A DNA stretch of 56,672 bases, filler included, from Sluysia triapertura (taxonomy: Eukaryota): the NCBI GenBank assembly GCA_046118255.1. It is 4 parts of 4 records of this genome, joined end to end, with 100 filler letters (N's around TTAATTAATTAA, not from the genome) between each part and the next. Parts side by side here need not be neighbours in the genome. Positions count along the whole stretch, not along the records: positions 1 to 18,447 come from JBJNIA010147498.1; 3 more parts are not named here. One strand, given 5' to 3'. The translations under genes and the position numbers were made by a program. The notes under the pieces are model-generated. The model was not told the DNA's origin, ran no database searches, and saw only the letters and a program-made list of their open reading frames with translations. Below, in pieces: positions 1 through 12,907 of this stretch (position 1 is its first letter; each line of letters opens with the position of its first letter).

Positions 1-187
1 TATACCTATTTTTTTTAATATTATTTAATTAACAAAAAAATAAAAACACTTGCGAAATTAGTGCATTTAGTTTGTGTAGTAAAAGTCAAATATTGGTTTT
101 TAAAATAAATATACAAATTTATGTAGAAATTTAAGTAATTTTTAATCAAACCAGTCAAAATGACTGGTTTGGTAAATCTAGTGTTAA
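1..187. mobile_element. Terminus of a piggyBac-family element (the rest lies outside the window)
   Basis: Ends ...GTAAATCTAGTG|TTAA (TTAA at 184-187), identical to the last 12 nt of the piggyBac end at 42605-42616. Subterminal perfect inverted repeat AAACCAGTCA-aaa-TGACTGGTTT at 148-170. Confidence 0.7.
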
Positions 188-2731
188 ATTAGCAAATAAC
201 GATGAAAAGTAATGCAAAAAATGTTCTCATAGGTACTTTTTTTACTTAAAAGAAATTTATGGTCAGTGTCTCCTCCAGCAACTTCTTCCAATCAAAACGG
301 TGTTGAACAAGAATTAATTCATATCACGCATAATCACAATAATAGATCGTTATCTAAATGAAATATATATAAAAATATTCCATGTAGTCAATAACAAATA
401 ATCACTTATGAAAAATGATTAAATATTAATAACAATATCATTTTTGAAATATTAAATACCAAATATAATGGCAAATTATTTAATATTTACGCATAAATTA
501 TTATGAGTAGTAATAATAATAATCATCATCATGAACACAGCTAAATAGCTTATTTAGTTTAAATTAATTAATATTTGCTTCTTTGTTATGACACTCAATC
601 TTATTTATATTGAATATTTATATTCTTGAAATATCTTCATTTACTACAAATCAAATATGTACAAACTATTGTATCAGTACTTTTTCTGCTCTCCTTGTTA
701 TCCAATAATTTCCTTTCCTTAAAACAGTATTATAAATAACAATAAAAGATAAAAAATTTGTTTAAAAAAATCAATATTGTAATGATAAATAACTTAGCGC
801 TGATTCTGTCGTCATTTATCACTTTATCCAGTATCATTTACTCCAATTCAAGTATAAATGGTGATTTCATTGTTATATTACAATCAATTTATTCATCCCA
901 AGTAAAATTAATATTAACTATGGTTATTACATTCATTTTTATAATGTGTCGTTTCTTTGTCATTTATTATCAAGTTATTCCATTATATATTCTATATAAT
1001 TATATTCACGGTACCTTAATCACCAATACTATTTATCTCGAAAAGAAAGAGGTTCAGTCACCAATGTATATCGATGATCCATACATTTCATTAACATTTA
1101 ATAACGTTTCTTTATGATTATACCTGACGTTTATATTGTAAGTATATTTATATTATTCTTTGTTTTATTTTATAGTTTAATAATGAAAAAGTTATGTGTC
1201 GTTTTTATTAAATTGTTGTATTTTATAGGCCTTAAGCCTGGTTTATTAGTTTATAAGTTTAATAACTTTTCAACTTGGTTAAAATTAAATGTTAAGTGTT
1301 GTCTTTTTGTTAAAAGTTTTATATTTAAATTTAGAGATATAAAATTAAATACTAAAGATAATAACTTAATAACCTTTTTAAAGGTTAAGCGTAAAGGTGT
1401 AGTGAAAGAGACCTTTTTAACGTTTTCGATTGTTCTTACAGGTTCTCATTTATTGAATAGTTGTATAGTAGCTCCGGTATCAAAAATTCTAAACAAATGG
1501 GACTTGTAATTAAGACTTTAAGGAGAAAATTTGTTTTTCATTATCTTATTAGTTTACTTATTAGTTAATCTGCATGTGATAATCTCTGAGATGTGTCGAT
1601 TAGCCATGAAGCTGAAATAAGTGGACTGCATTCATCGAGATTAATTATGTCAGGTCATTTTGTTGGTATAAAAGAAAGAACAGTATTAAGATGTGCAACT
1701 ACATTGCGAATTTTGTCAATCCGATAATGCAGAAAGTAAGGTGTCCTTTAATAACTAGGAATGTAATTGTAGATCTAGAAGGTCGACTTAATTAGAAATT
1801 ACGCCTATTATGGATAAATCGCGACCATGGAATCACCAGCTGCCAGCACTTGATATGATTAGAAGAATCTTATTGTAAAGGCGGCAGCAGTATCGATAAT
1901 TAAAATTAAAATAAAAAAATGTTAACTTTTGTCATAATAATTGCGGTAATACTGCACCAGGATTACCTTCATATAAAAACTACTATTTGATATGACTTGA
2001 AGTGTATATTTTTGAAATACGAAAATCGACATTTAGTCTTGTACCGATTTGATAGCAGGAACAACTTATATTACTGATTGTAGCGGTGTTTACAACTTGA
2101 ATCTATGCGAAAACTCTATGACATAGTAGAATATATCTTGATTGAGTAGCAATTTCAAAGAAGCTTTTCCAGTTTTTAGTTCTGCTCCAACTTGCTTTTG
2201 TGGCCGCAGAATAAAACTGTTGCTAAAATTGATCCGAAAATATAAATAACATAATCAAGCAGGACATGGTCAGATACTTCGACTATGGAAGAGTGATTAC
2301 AAATACAAATGTTACGATTCATCGTAATGCCTTGGGTAATTATGTAGAAATTAATCATCTAACATTTTCTATGTTCTAAACTTTTATTATAGTTGCCAAC
2401 AAATTTGTATAAACATGATTAAAAATATTTTATCATTGCCAACATATTTTCAATACTACTACATGTGCTGTCAATGAAATTTGAATTGTCAACTTGTAAC
2501 CAATTTAAAATTTATTGATTTACAATCTTAATCATTAATAATATGTGACTACAATGCGAATAACAAAATAATGATGACATTGATAACAATTAATAATATT
2601 ATAAAATAATTAGGAGTTTCTTTGTATTTCAGAAATATTACAACAATTAACTTATATTAAACGTCTTCGAGTACTTACTAAACTATTATATTATCATTAT
2701 TATGGTATTTAATATTATTGTTGATGAAACA

Positions 2732-2990
2732 TGTAAACTCTACACATCACAAACACATTTCATCACAAATCAACACTTCATACATAAATAACATGCTAAA
2801 CAAGTTACTCGATTCATTCAAAACATAATCACAATCATAATTTATAATTACCATAAATTTATAGTTATTATCATAATTACTATCAAAATAATAATTACTC
2901 TTATAATAATTTTCGTATCATCCAAATAGTAACAATTATAATAATACTAATAATAATTTAGTAATTGCTACTGTTATAACCATTATCGTT
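2732..2990 (+). repeat. Dispersed LTR-like repeat family A, 5' part
   Basis: Starts TGT and contains CACAAACACATTTCATCACAAATCAACACTTCATACATAAAT...TTACTCGATTCATTCAAAAC, nearly identical to the copy at ~7410-7500. End approximate. Confidence 0.65.
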
Positions 2991-3102
2991 AATGTTATGA
3001 CTACTTTTGTTGCTTCAGTGTTTAGTTTGATGTCCTCTCTATGTTTGTTTCCTTTTTGTGTGTTTGCATTTTTATTTTTTGCATGAAATATTCGATCCTA
3101 AA

Positions 3103-3756
3103 ATGAGTGATGATAATATATTAATGACATCAAAAGTGGATAATGCTAAATTGTTCCGAAAAATGATACAACTTTATCAACAATTAATACTAATTTAATA
3201 GCGAAGATGAATCAGAATTTTGAACTGTCAGGCAGTTTGACTGTTAATTTTCGTCCAACTGATCATCTCAAAAAATTATCAACATGTTTGTGAAAATTTA
3301 AAATCATCAAAATGTCAAATAGTTATAAATTATTTTGATGGGACACAACAATTACATAATATTATTAGTCCTATTGTACACCTGGATTCATTATTTAGTC
3401 TTTCCGAAGCCGATACTGCGCCAATATCTGTTATCGTTTACGAGAATCATAATTATCAGTTTTACGAAAAAGATCATGCTACCAATTTATTGACAACTTT
3501 TGAATCAACCTCAGAGTCAATCCAAATTAATATATCAATTATCAAAAGCTTTATCAAAACAATTATCACCATTAAAAGAAAGTTTCAAAACTCACAAATC
3601 GTATCATGATAGTATTGATTTGGATGTTGAATTGGCTAATGTCAGTGAATGCGTAGACAAATAGATATTCCGGCCTTGTAAACGCTGGCGAATACATTTT
3701 ATAATAAACTGCTCGATTTGTAAAAAATGTCCTAAAAGAAAGATCTGTTGTGACTA
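3103..3756 (+). pseudogene. Decayed ORF of unknown family ending in a Cys-rich tail (PCKRWRIHFIINCSICKKCPKRKICCD)
   Basis: Stop-free run of ~120 codons at 3241-3609, flanked by frameshifted coding-like segments. No family recognised. Confidence 0.25.
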
Positions 3757-3946
3757 AAAATATTCAAAATTATGCATAATCTGAAATTATAAAGAAAACA
3801 ATATTAACATTTAATATTATTTTAAAGATAAAAGAGAATTGAGAATTAATATTGATGTTATTTAAAAATAAAGAAAATCATAATTTAATATTATTATTTC
3901 ATTTAAAATTTAAATAAAGTATAAAAAATTAATTGTTTAAACTAAA

Positions 3947-5142
3947 TGTAGGGAAATAACAAACACACTTCATAACATAGGAACATTTCTTACATAAAAC
4001 ACTAAATAAACTACTTGACTCATTCAAAAACAAACATAGTCATTATACATATTTATCATTAGTTATATTTATTGTTATCATATCATCTATCATAATAACC
4101 TCATATTGTCAATATTCAATTTAAACTTCGTTTTTTAATTATAATTATTATTATAACTTCGTTATTGTCAAACATTACATTTTTTATCTTTCTCATTTTT
4201 CTTGTTGGTGTGCATGTGTATATGTAAAATTGTATATACATATTATTATTCTCTTTCACTCTTTTCAAAGTATGTATGTGTAATTATGATGAATTCAACA
4301 TTTTTCGAACCTACCATGAAAGTATTAATCAAAAGTATCAAAAAAATATAAAATGTTGGAAAACAACTTATTCTCCAAAAATCATCGTGAAAGTAAAATA
4401 ACATTAAAATGCCGAAATTTAAAACATCTTATTCATGCAGAATGATAACCAATTCACTCTACTACTGTTACAATTTATTTCTACTACTATTACCGTTGCT
4501 ACCATGACTATTAATGCTTTTATCACCGATACCAGCCCTGAAAATATATAAATAAAATAAAAATTAAGATAATTAATTTCCTAGCTAAAAATTCGTAAAA
4601 ATCGATAATCTTAATTATACAAAATATTTGCGGAATAACTTATTTCAACCATGAATTCAACGATGTTAATCAACATAACTACAAAACAAAATAGTCAAAA
4701 ACTTTTATCAATGGAAATGCTACCGGATAGTCTAATTTCTGAATTCATAAAAACAATTATGAATGTTATTTTTATGTTTTTAATCCTTATATTGTTATAT
4801 AATAAAAAGTTTTCAAATTTTGTTTATATGTTTTTTGTCTTGTTTTCAAAGGCATTAAGCCTGTTTTAATTCTTAATTGTTTTATTCTTAAAAGTTTAAT
4901 CTGTTTTTATAACTTTAATTATAATTTGTTCATAATGTTAAATAAAAATTTGAATAGTTTTAAGTCCTCCAGACTAAATAATTGTTTAAAGGTCAATTCT
5001 AATCTATAAAAACATCAAACTTTAGTCAATTCCATCACAAGTAAAATAAATCGATTGTAAGTTAAAATATAGGTGAATAATTGGATTTCGGAGATATCTC
5101 TGTGGTATTTCGGTGATTAATTGGATAATCGGGTAGCCATCA
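3947..5142 (+). repeat. Dispersed LTR-like repeat family A, ~1.2 kb copy (TG...CA)
   Basis: Begins TGTAGGGAAAT. The first ~120 nt closely match 24320-24450. Internal blocks (…CCCTGAAA at ~4537, AAGGCATTAAGCCT at ~4850, CCTCCA at ~4967) recur in the same order at ~25790, ~26235 and ~26350. Right end (…GTAGCCATCA) is inferred and no TSD was found. Confidence 0.55.
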
Positions 5143-7385
5143 AAGATTTTTCTGCACTAGTAGCCGTTAGTTTTTTCACTTGTAAGTTCTCACGTTTTTA
5201 AAAACGTGAATTAAAATTTGACTTAACTTTATAATTATCTTTTGGAAACCGTTTAAATTGGTTTCACATAAAATCATTCAAAATTAAGTAACAGGGATTA
5301 TTATTATTGATCTTTCAATAGTCGTCAGATAAAATCATTATTACACAGAATTTATAAAATTTGTATGTAACTACAAAATTGAAATTATAACATAAAAATT
5401 TGTACACACTAACATTTTGTTATTTTAATATGTTTTTTAAACTATTCCTTGAGAAGTTTTAAAGACTAAGTGGATTTAAGCTTTATAATAAAGCAAAATT
5501 TGAATCTAATTAAACAAACGCACTTATGAATAATATAATCTTGACTAAATAATCAATGAATTCATTGTCCGAAAGTTGTTTCCTATCTATGATTTATTTT
5601 TAAAAAAAATTCTCTTGTTATTTTTTAATTCTATTCACATCTAATTTCTAAATTTTTTGAATTTCATTATGGATATTTATACTCATATTTCATTGCTATG
5701 ATTGGTTTGCTAGTCATTCATTTTTAAATTCCCACCAATATTATTATCTTCTATTTTATTCATCATCACCATTATTTATAATTTTAACTTTACAATCAAG
5801 ATATGAAAACGCGAAATGTCTGATTTCATCAGTAGCCAAAGTCTTATAACAGACCTTAGGGGTTTATACATGATTTTATGTTAAAGTGTTACTATTTAAA
5901 TATATCTTGATCGGCATATCTTTTAACGGTTTTAATATGACGATTAATTCACCAAAGAAATAACAGGAAAATATTTTGATATTGAATTTATGATGTCTTA
6001 TAGTATTTGTAATTACGAATTTAACACTTTCAAATTTATCTTTAATTTTATTTTATCTGAGAGTAATAACTTTTCAAAAATTTTTTGGATTAACTTTTTT
6101 CTACTGGGTCTTTGCAAAAAATTCTGAGTTTATCAGTAATTCTTGTGAACTTAAAATGTGCATAACTGCACGTTTCAGCGAGTAGTACGGCGAAGCTAAT
6201 TTTTTAACTAAACGTTTAGTGTCGTATTATTATTATTTCTATATTATTATATTCCTGTTATTTAATATTATAATATTAATTCTACAATATTATTTGTATT
6301 TTATTTCAAAAAATCTAAGTCTGGATTCGCTTATAGAAAGTGACTTAGGACTATCCCCGGCTCTCCTACATAAGAAAGAATAATTTTTCTTTGACGGTGT
6401 GTTTAGATAATTGTGAATAATCTTTCTTCCTAATAGTTCCACTTAATTTAAATTGTTTTGTCTAAATCTAATAATAATATTGTTGATTTTATTTTTAAAT
6501 TAAGAATAAACAATAAAGTAGTTTATGATTTACGTGAGTTCATCTATGATCCAAGACTTTCGAGTTACGGCTAGTCCGTAGGATTTTTCTTAAAGAATGC
6601 TAGCAACGTAAACTTATGGAGGCAAATAAAATTTTGAGTAAAATTTAAATAATTATTCTTAAGATTTATTAACATGTCTTATGCATTCGTTATGAGTTAT
6701 TGAAAGAAATTTTACATAAGATCCTATTTAAGGATGATCAACAAATTTTATAATTTACAAAATCCGATATGAAAAATCGACTTACAGACTTTAGCACAGG
6801 ATAATTTTAGTTTAAAATTATATAAATTACTTAATTTAAATAAGGTTGAAATTATCGATTTTCCTTCAGAAAAATTAAAATCAAAATAATTATTTATATT
6901 GAACAAAAATGGGTGTTTTTATACTACGGTACACAGAAGTTTATAGTCAGAAGATATAATTACAGTCAGGGTTAAATTAAATTTTACTTGATTATTAATA
7001 AGAATTATCGTTAATTTATCAAAAAACAGATTTTAATAGATTTACCAAGAACCCTTTAAATGGTTCTGAAATGATCTTGAAATAATGCGTCAAGTTGATT
7101 TTATCACGTACTAAATTGTACGAATAAAGCCTATTTAAAATAAACTAACGATAATAGAAATGAAATATTTTTTCTTTGAAGGAGTCTGAAAATTGCTGTT
7201 GGAATATGCTGTATATGTTGGAATATCCTTTCAAAAAATTTTAAGTTAAAATTTAAATTTAAGATTCTTTGCTAAAAATTGTAATTCTTCGTGTTGCAAA
7301 TTTTAGTCAAATTGACCACTATTAATGCCAAATCTATTTTAACCCTGACATATATTATAAAACAATAAAATTACATAAAAATCCA

Positions 7386-7760
7386 TGTGTTGAACGCTAA
7401 ATCAGCTAATCACAATCACAAACACAATTCATCATAAATCAACACTTCATACATAAATTACTAAACAGATTACTCGATACATTCGAAACACAAACACAGT
7501 TATAATAATTTATAATTACTATAGTTCTACAATTATTATCATAATTCCTATTACCGTAATAATTGCTCTTATAATAATTATCACAATATTAATTATCGTC
7601 ATAATAATATTAAACCGTTATAATATAATTCTGTTATAGTTCTAATTTTCTAATTGTTGTCATAACTATTGTTGGTAAACTATTTTATCTTTGTTAAAGG
7701 CCATAAGCCTAGATTTATTGTTAAATCAGTTATTGAAAAATCTAAAATCTTCAAAGTAAA
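7386..7760 (+). repeat. Repeat family A copy
   Basis: TGTG start, ACAAACACAATTCATCATAAATCAACACTTCATACATAAAT core, AAGGCCATAAGCCT motif at ~7698. Confidence 0.6.
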
Positions 7761-8439
7761 ACTGATTAAAATTTTGTTTATGTTTTCTTAAACATGAAAT
7801 TTTGTAATTTTTTTAATAAGCTCTTCTTCATACTCCAGTAATATTATTAATCAAATAATTGTCATGAAAATATCCCATTTAACTGATAATATTAAAATAT
7901 AAAATATCCAAAATAATTCCAAAACAATTCAAATAATAATCAAATATTTATAAAATATTAGTCTAAAATTTGGTTGAATTTAAAATGTTAATCTAAAATA
8001 TTGATTTAATTGTACGTATAAATACACAATTTATTTATAATTCACATAATTTTGTTTCACAAATTTTTAATTATACAAATAATTGTATTTTGTATGTGTA
8101 ATTTATGTTTAGTTCGTATTTTGACAATACTCTGAACAAAATAAAAGGAACCCTTTAATTAATTTATATCTAGTTAAGTTTTACTTAAAGAATTCATACA
8201 ATAATTCGAACCCGAATTATTTTTATAACAATATAAATTTTCCAAGTAATAAAACAAAATTGTGCAAAGTATGACAGATTATAATAACAATAAACACTTT
8301 CAAAATAAATGTACAAAATATTTATATATACCAGGAAAATTAATTTAATTTACATAATTTATTAGTTATTTAAATTAAAAATTTAATTCATAATTTTTGT
8401 TTACTCTTTTTTTACATTAAAAAATATCTAACTTCAATG

Positions 8440-8696
8440 AATTTAATTTCGGCTTAAGGTCTTTTACAAAACCAAGTATCAGTATTGTGAAGGATGCGAT
8501 TAAATTAACAAAATAAGATTTAAATTTTATATTAAAAAAACAAAGTTGATGTAACGTAATAACAACAATAATATACAAGATTTGAACAATTATGAAATTA
8601 TTAGGGCTGCGTTTAATTAACTTGTTTATGTAAGATGTGTTGATTTGTGTTGGTGTTTGCTTGTGAATATTATGAGTTGATCTGGAGTTCACTACA
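8440..8696 (-). repeat. Repeat family A copy (inverted)
   Basis: Reverse strand starts TGTAGTGAAC and carries CAAACACCAACACAAATCAACACATCTTACATAAA and a CCTTAAGCC motif. Confidence 0.5.
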
Positions 8697-10702
8697 AGAA
8701 ATAAATAAATTTAAATAACTTTTAATACAAACTTAATTTAAAATTGTCATGTTAATTATGTAGATAGATATAATAAACTGTAAATATAATAAATTATTAT
8801 TATACAGTAACTATAAGCAGTAAATACAATAAAAAAATACGAAATGTGTATACAGTTAATAATTTAGTAACAGTTTTAGTTAAAAATTTTAGTAATATAA
8901 TAATAGTTTTTATAACATAATATGTGGCTGAATAATATAGGCTTAACATAGAAAAGTTAAGTGTAGAAAAATTTAAGTGCATTTCATTGAGTAGATTCAC
9001 AATTACGACGTAAATTGATTCGATTTGTTATTTATACCGGCTATGACGAATTACGTTAAGACTGCGTATTGAATATCGAAGATTGTTATAAATTACTAGA
9101 AAATTCCCTCAAAATTACGTGCGACATAGACTATTTGATTGTAGCTATTTTATTGAATTTTATTGTATTAGTAATTTTGTTATGGAATAAGGCTTCTTCG
9201 ATTTAGATTTTAATGGTTGTGGGCATTGGAAAATAAGATCTGAAATATTTATAAAAATTAAACTAATCATGGGATTATATTAAATAAGGTTAAATTAAAT
9301 GTAGATGTTGAAGGTTATATATTAAATTAAATTTTACATGAATGATTGAATTATCCCTGAAAATATTTGAATCATGATATTGCGTGATAATATATGCTAA
9401 TAATTTACTGATTTATGATAGTATATGAAATGGTAATCTTTTATATGAAATGTTGAATTATTTAGCATTGAATAAATGTGTTAATTTAAATAGGAATATT
9501 TCAAGTAATGCTACTTTATAATATATAAAAATAAATGATACGGGAATGTAAGGAATTTTGTTATAAAAGGTTTAAGATTTAACACTTGTACATAGATAAT
9601 TAATTTTGCACGTAGCAGTTAAAAGTTAGGCGTGGCTACAGAATTGAAAATCTACTTATAATAGTGAATTCGTTGATCATGAGTCGGTTCGTAACCGTAT
9701 CATGGTCGTATTCATAATCGTGGTAGTTGATTAATAAATTTGGGAAACAAATCAATATTATTAACATAATTAATCGTACGTTCTTACATTCCTTTAGATA
9801 ATTAGAAAATTATGTATTAATTAATAAAATTTTAATATTGATTTGTTAATATATTGTTAATTTGTTATAAATAATTTACTATAAAATTTATTGTAAGTTT
9901 TTACATTTTTTTGTCGTAAAGTTAACAAAAGGGATTGGAAACTAAGAATTAAAATATATTGTTTTAGAAGTTTTATTAGCACTTCAATCTTTAAGAACAG
10001 AGACGAATATCGAACTTATTTGCTAAGTTAAATTTATAAAAAAGCTACAAAAAGAATTGATTTTAGATCAATAGTTATTTGATTAATAATTAAGATTTTG
10101 AAAATCAGTTAATAAAGAACTATAGAGAATAAACTCTGAAACAATTTGTAAACATAAAGTTAACATATAGTAACTGTAAATAACTAAAGTATTACTAATA
10201 ATTTTATCAGTTTTTACGAAAGGCAAGTTGAAAATTTTATTAAAAAACAATTTGAAAGTCTTCGAGTTAACATTAATAATAAAAGTATAAATTTCGAGAA
10301 TTAAAAGTTTAACCGACTTGAAGTTAAGACGTGAGATTAAAGATGTAACTATCTTTAAAGCATTTTATAAAATTTACACTATTATTATTAATGTAAGAAC
10401 CTCGTAAAATAAAATAACATTTAGGTCTTGAAAAATATATCTGAAAATGAAACTTTGAATTTTACAAAATTATGTAAAATTGTTATGATCTTCACAATAT
10501 CTAAAAATATCCAAATATACATGAAAATTCACGTAAGAACAAAAAACAGCTAAAAAGTAATCAGAAATAGGAAAACAAAGAAAGAATAATAGCACTTAAT
10601 GAGCTTCTAAACACAGCACGGATCGGATGCTGAAAGTAATAAAGTAATGGAAAATCCGTTAAAAATTGAACAGATGGATATAAATAAAGTACATTGTGAA
10701 AA

Positions 10703-12907
10703 TTATAATTTGAATTCTAATACATTATCAATACAATTTGTATCGTAATTAAAAAGTAATTTTGTTGATTCTGCGGATTCCCTCACAATTAGAAAAAATT
10801 TTTCGAAAGTGCAGCCCTTTATGGGGTAGATGTTTTGTGGATGTGCCGAGTGGTTTATGGTTTGCCATCTTAATTTGCCAAGGATGGCCTTAGACTTAAT
10901 CGCATCGAATGTTAACTGTCCAAGTTTGGTATATACTATGTGGACAGTAATTTGTATAAGTAGTTTTTTTGATTTCAAAGAAGATAAAGTGTTCATGGTT
11001 CTCGCTATAGTCACACAGATGATTATTAGATTCAAACGTAATTTTATGTTAGAGAATTTGCAATTATTTACAATGATAAGCTTATGGATGTTAGTCGTGG
11101 TTTTGATTAATTTATCTATTACCTTAATATATAATTCAGGATAACCCACTAATTCAAAATAAACCTTTTTGTTTCTTTTACGATCAAATTTAATTTTATA
11201 AAAATAACACTTGTAATTATCTATTACTAAACTAAACGGAAAATTAATATTGAAAACTAATTTAGAAACTGTAAATTCATCTGTGAACATTTTAAAAATT
11301 TTAGATTCTTCTGCAAACATTCTCTCTTCACGGATCTCGGTTCCATTGACTTCTTGATTGATAGAACTGTTATAACTAATAAATACATAAACAATATAAT
11401 AGATACAGTAACGTAATTTTAATATAAAAATATTACTTAAACTAATCCCAGATTTTTCATAACTGTAGACCACTGAGTCAGATGATATAGTTGTATCGAA
11501 CCACTTAACGTCATTGATAAACTTCAGAATATTCTCTTCTTTACTTGTACCAGATTGTATTATCGCTATCTCGTAATTGCATGTTAATGTTGTACTAAAT
11601 AGATCATCTTCACGTATCATAGATCGTCTAATCGTTACTTCATCACTATGTACATCAAAGAGCTTAATCATTAGTTTACAACTACTCAGCAATGCTGCTT
11701 CAAAAACATAATCTTTACGCATAGTAAATTGTTTCATCATTATTCCATAATTGTATACATCAGATTGTCTTGTCGTGATCTCATCTTCATCTAATAGCAT
11801 TAAACTAAGGAGACTATCTTTATGTACATCAGAATATTTCATCATCATTTCATAATTGTATATATCAGATTGTCTTGTCGTCATTTCATCTTTATCTAAT
11901 AGCATTAAACTAAGGAGGCTATCTTTATGTATATTAAATTGTCTCATTAATATTTTATGATCGTTTAATAATATAAAACCAAATATAGGATTTTTATGCG
12001 CATAAAATTTCCTCGTCATTGTTTCATAATTATTTAATATTATTGTATTAAAAACGTCAATTTTACTTATATTAGAATGCTTCGTCGTTATATCATGATT
12101 GTCTTTGGAATTGGGATTGGCTCCTTTATCTAATAATAACTGCAATGTTTCAGTATTATTTCTGATGCATGCATACATTAAAGGCGTACATCCATTATTA
12201 TCTTGACACTCAATGTTGAAATCATATTCATCAAGTAACATTTCTATTATTTCATTGTTACCATAATTAGTTGCATAATGGAGAATACTTACTCCTCTTT
12301 CATCTATTAAATTCTTATTTGCATGAGATTCGAGCAAAAAACGTGTTTTGGTTTTGTTATTAGAGCAGACAGCCCACATTAATGGAGTTCTTTTATTATT
12401 ATCGGTAATATCAATGTTAGCATTATATTTTATTAACAATTCAATAATTTCTGTTTCGTTCGTATCAGACTTGGATTTAGCTATATAATGTAATGGAGAT
12501 GCACCATTAGCATCAGTTAAATTAACGTCAGCTCCATATTTACAAAGTAATTCAATTGCATTTGTATTCTCATAATTAACTGCCAACAATAACGCTGTTT
12601 TGTGTTCATGGTTTCTTTTATTAATTTCTGGTGATTTAGATAATATATGTTGTAATGAACTAGGTGGTTTCATCATTGATGCTAAATGTAAAACTGTATA
12701 TCCAGATTTATCACCAACATTTAACAAATCAGGAGCTGCTTCTAAAATCAAATCAAAACATTGATTGCATTTAAAACAATAGTGTAATAATGTTCTATCT
12801 GTTAAATCTCTTACAACTGATATATTTTGGCAAATTGCCAATAATTTCTTAACACGTTTCTGATTGCCCTCTTTACATGCCTTCAATAGCTCCACATAAG
12901 CATCCAT
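10703..12907 (-). CDS. Intronless 734-aa ankyrin-repeat protein: ~8 N-terminal ANK repeats, then a 23/12-aa repeat region and an unrecognised C-terminus
   Basis: Canonical ANK motifs: RTLLHYC, GYTVLHLA, KTALLLAV, GASPLHYIA, RTPLMWAV, GVSILHYA, GCTPLMYA...LLLDKGANPN. A 2.2-kb stop-free frame is far beyond chance in this AT-rich DNA. The ANK array resembles invertebrate inversin-like proteins (from memory) and stops mid-repeat. Confidence 0.85.
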   Translation of the reverse strand: MDAYVELLKACKEGNQKRVKKLLAICQNISVVRDLTDRTLLHYCFKCNQCFDLILEAAPDLLNVGDKSGYTVLHLASMMKPPSSLQHILSKSPEINKRNHEHKTALLLAVNYENTNAIELLCKYGADVNLTDANGASPLHYIAKSKSDTNETEIIELLIKYNANIDITDNNKRTPLMWAVCSNNKTKTRFLLESHANKNLIDERGVSILHYATNYGNNEIIEMLLDEYDFNIECQDNNGCTPLMYACIRNNTETLQLLLDKGANPNSKDNHDITTKHSNISKIDVFNTIILNNYETMTRKFYAHKNPIFGFILLNDHKILMRQFNIHKDSLLSLMLLDKDEMTTRQSDIYNYEMMMKYSDVHKDSLLSLMLLDEDEITTRQSDVYNYGIMMKQFTMRKDYVFEAALLSSCKLMIKLFDVHSDEVTIRRSMIREDDLFSTTLTCNYEIAIIQSGTSKEENILKFINDVKWFDTTISSDSVVYSYEKSGISLSNIFILKLRYCIYYIVYVFISYNSSINQEVNGTEIREERMFAEESKIFKMFTDEFTVSKLVFNINFPFSLVIDNYKCYFYKIKFDRKRNKKVYFELVGYPELYIKVIDKLIKTTTNIHKLIIVNNCKFSNIKLRLNLIIICVTIARTMNTLSSLKSKKLLIQITVHIVYTKLGQLTFDAIKSKAILGKLRWQTINHSAHPQNIYPIKGCTFEKFFLIVRESAESTKLLFNYDTNCIDNVLEFKL

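Noticed and set aside
758-1509. Overlapping hydrophobic ORFs resembling membrane or mitochondrial proteins
   Set aside because: I/L/F/N/K-biased translations of AT-rich repeat DNA that contains the repeat-family GGCCTTAAGCCT motif; no motifs. The same applies to ORFs 4651, 8417, 8800, 18587, 25986 and 52570.
9541-9562. miR-1/206-like sequence GGAATGTAAGGAA
   Set aside because: No complementary arm nearby, and the 5' base and 3' half do not match.
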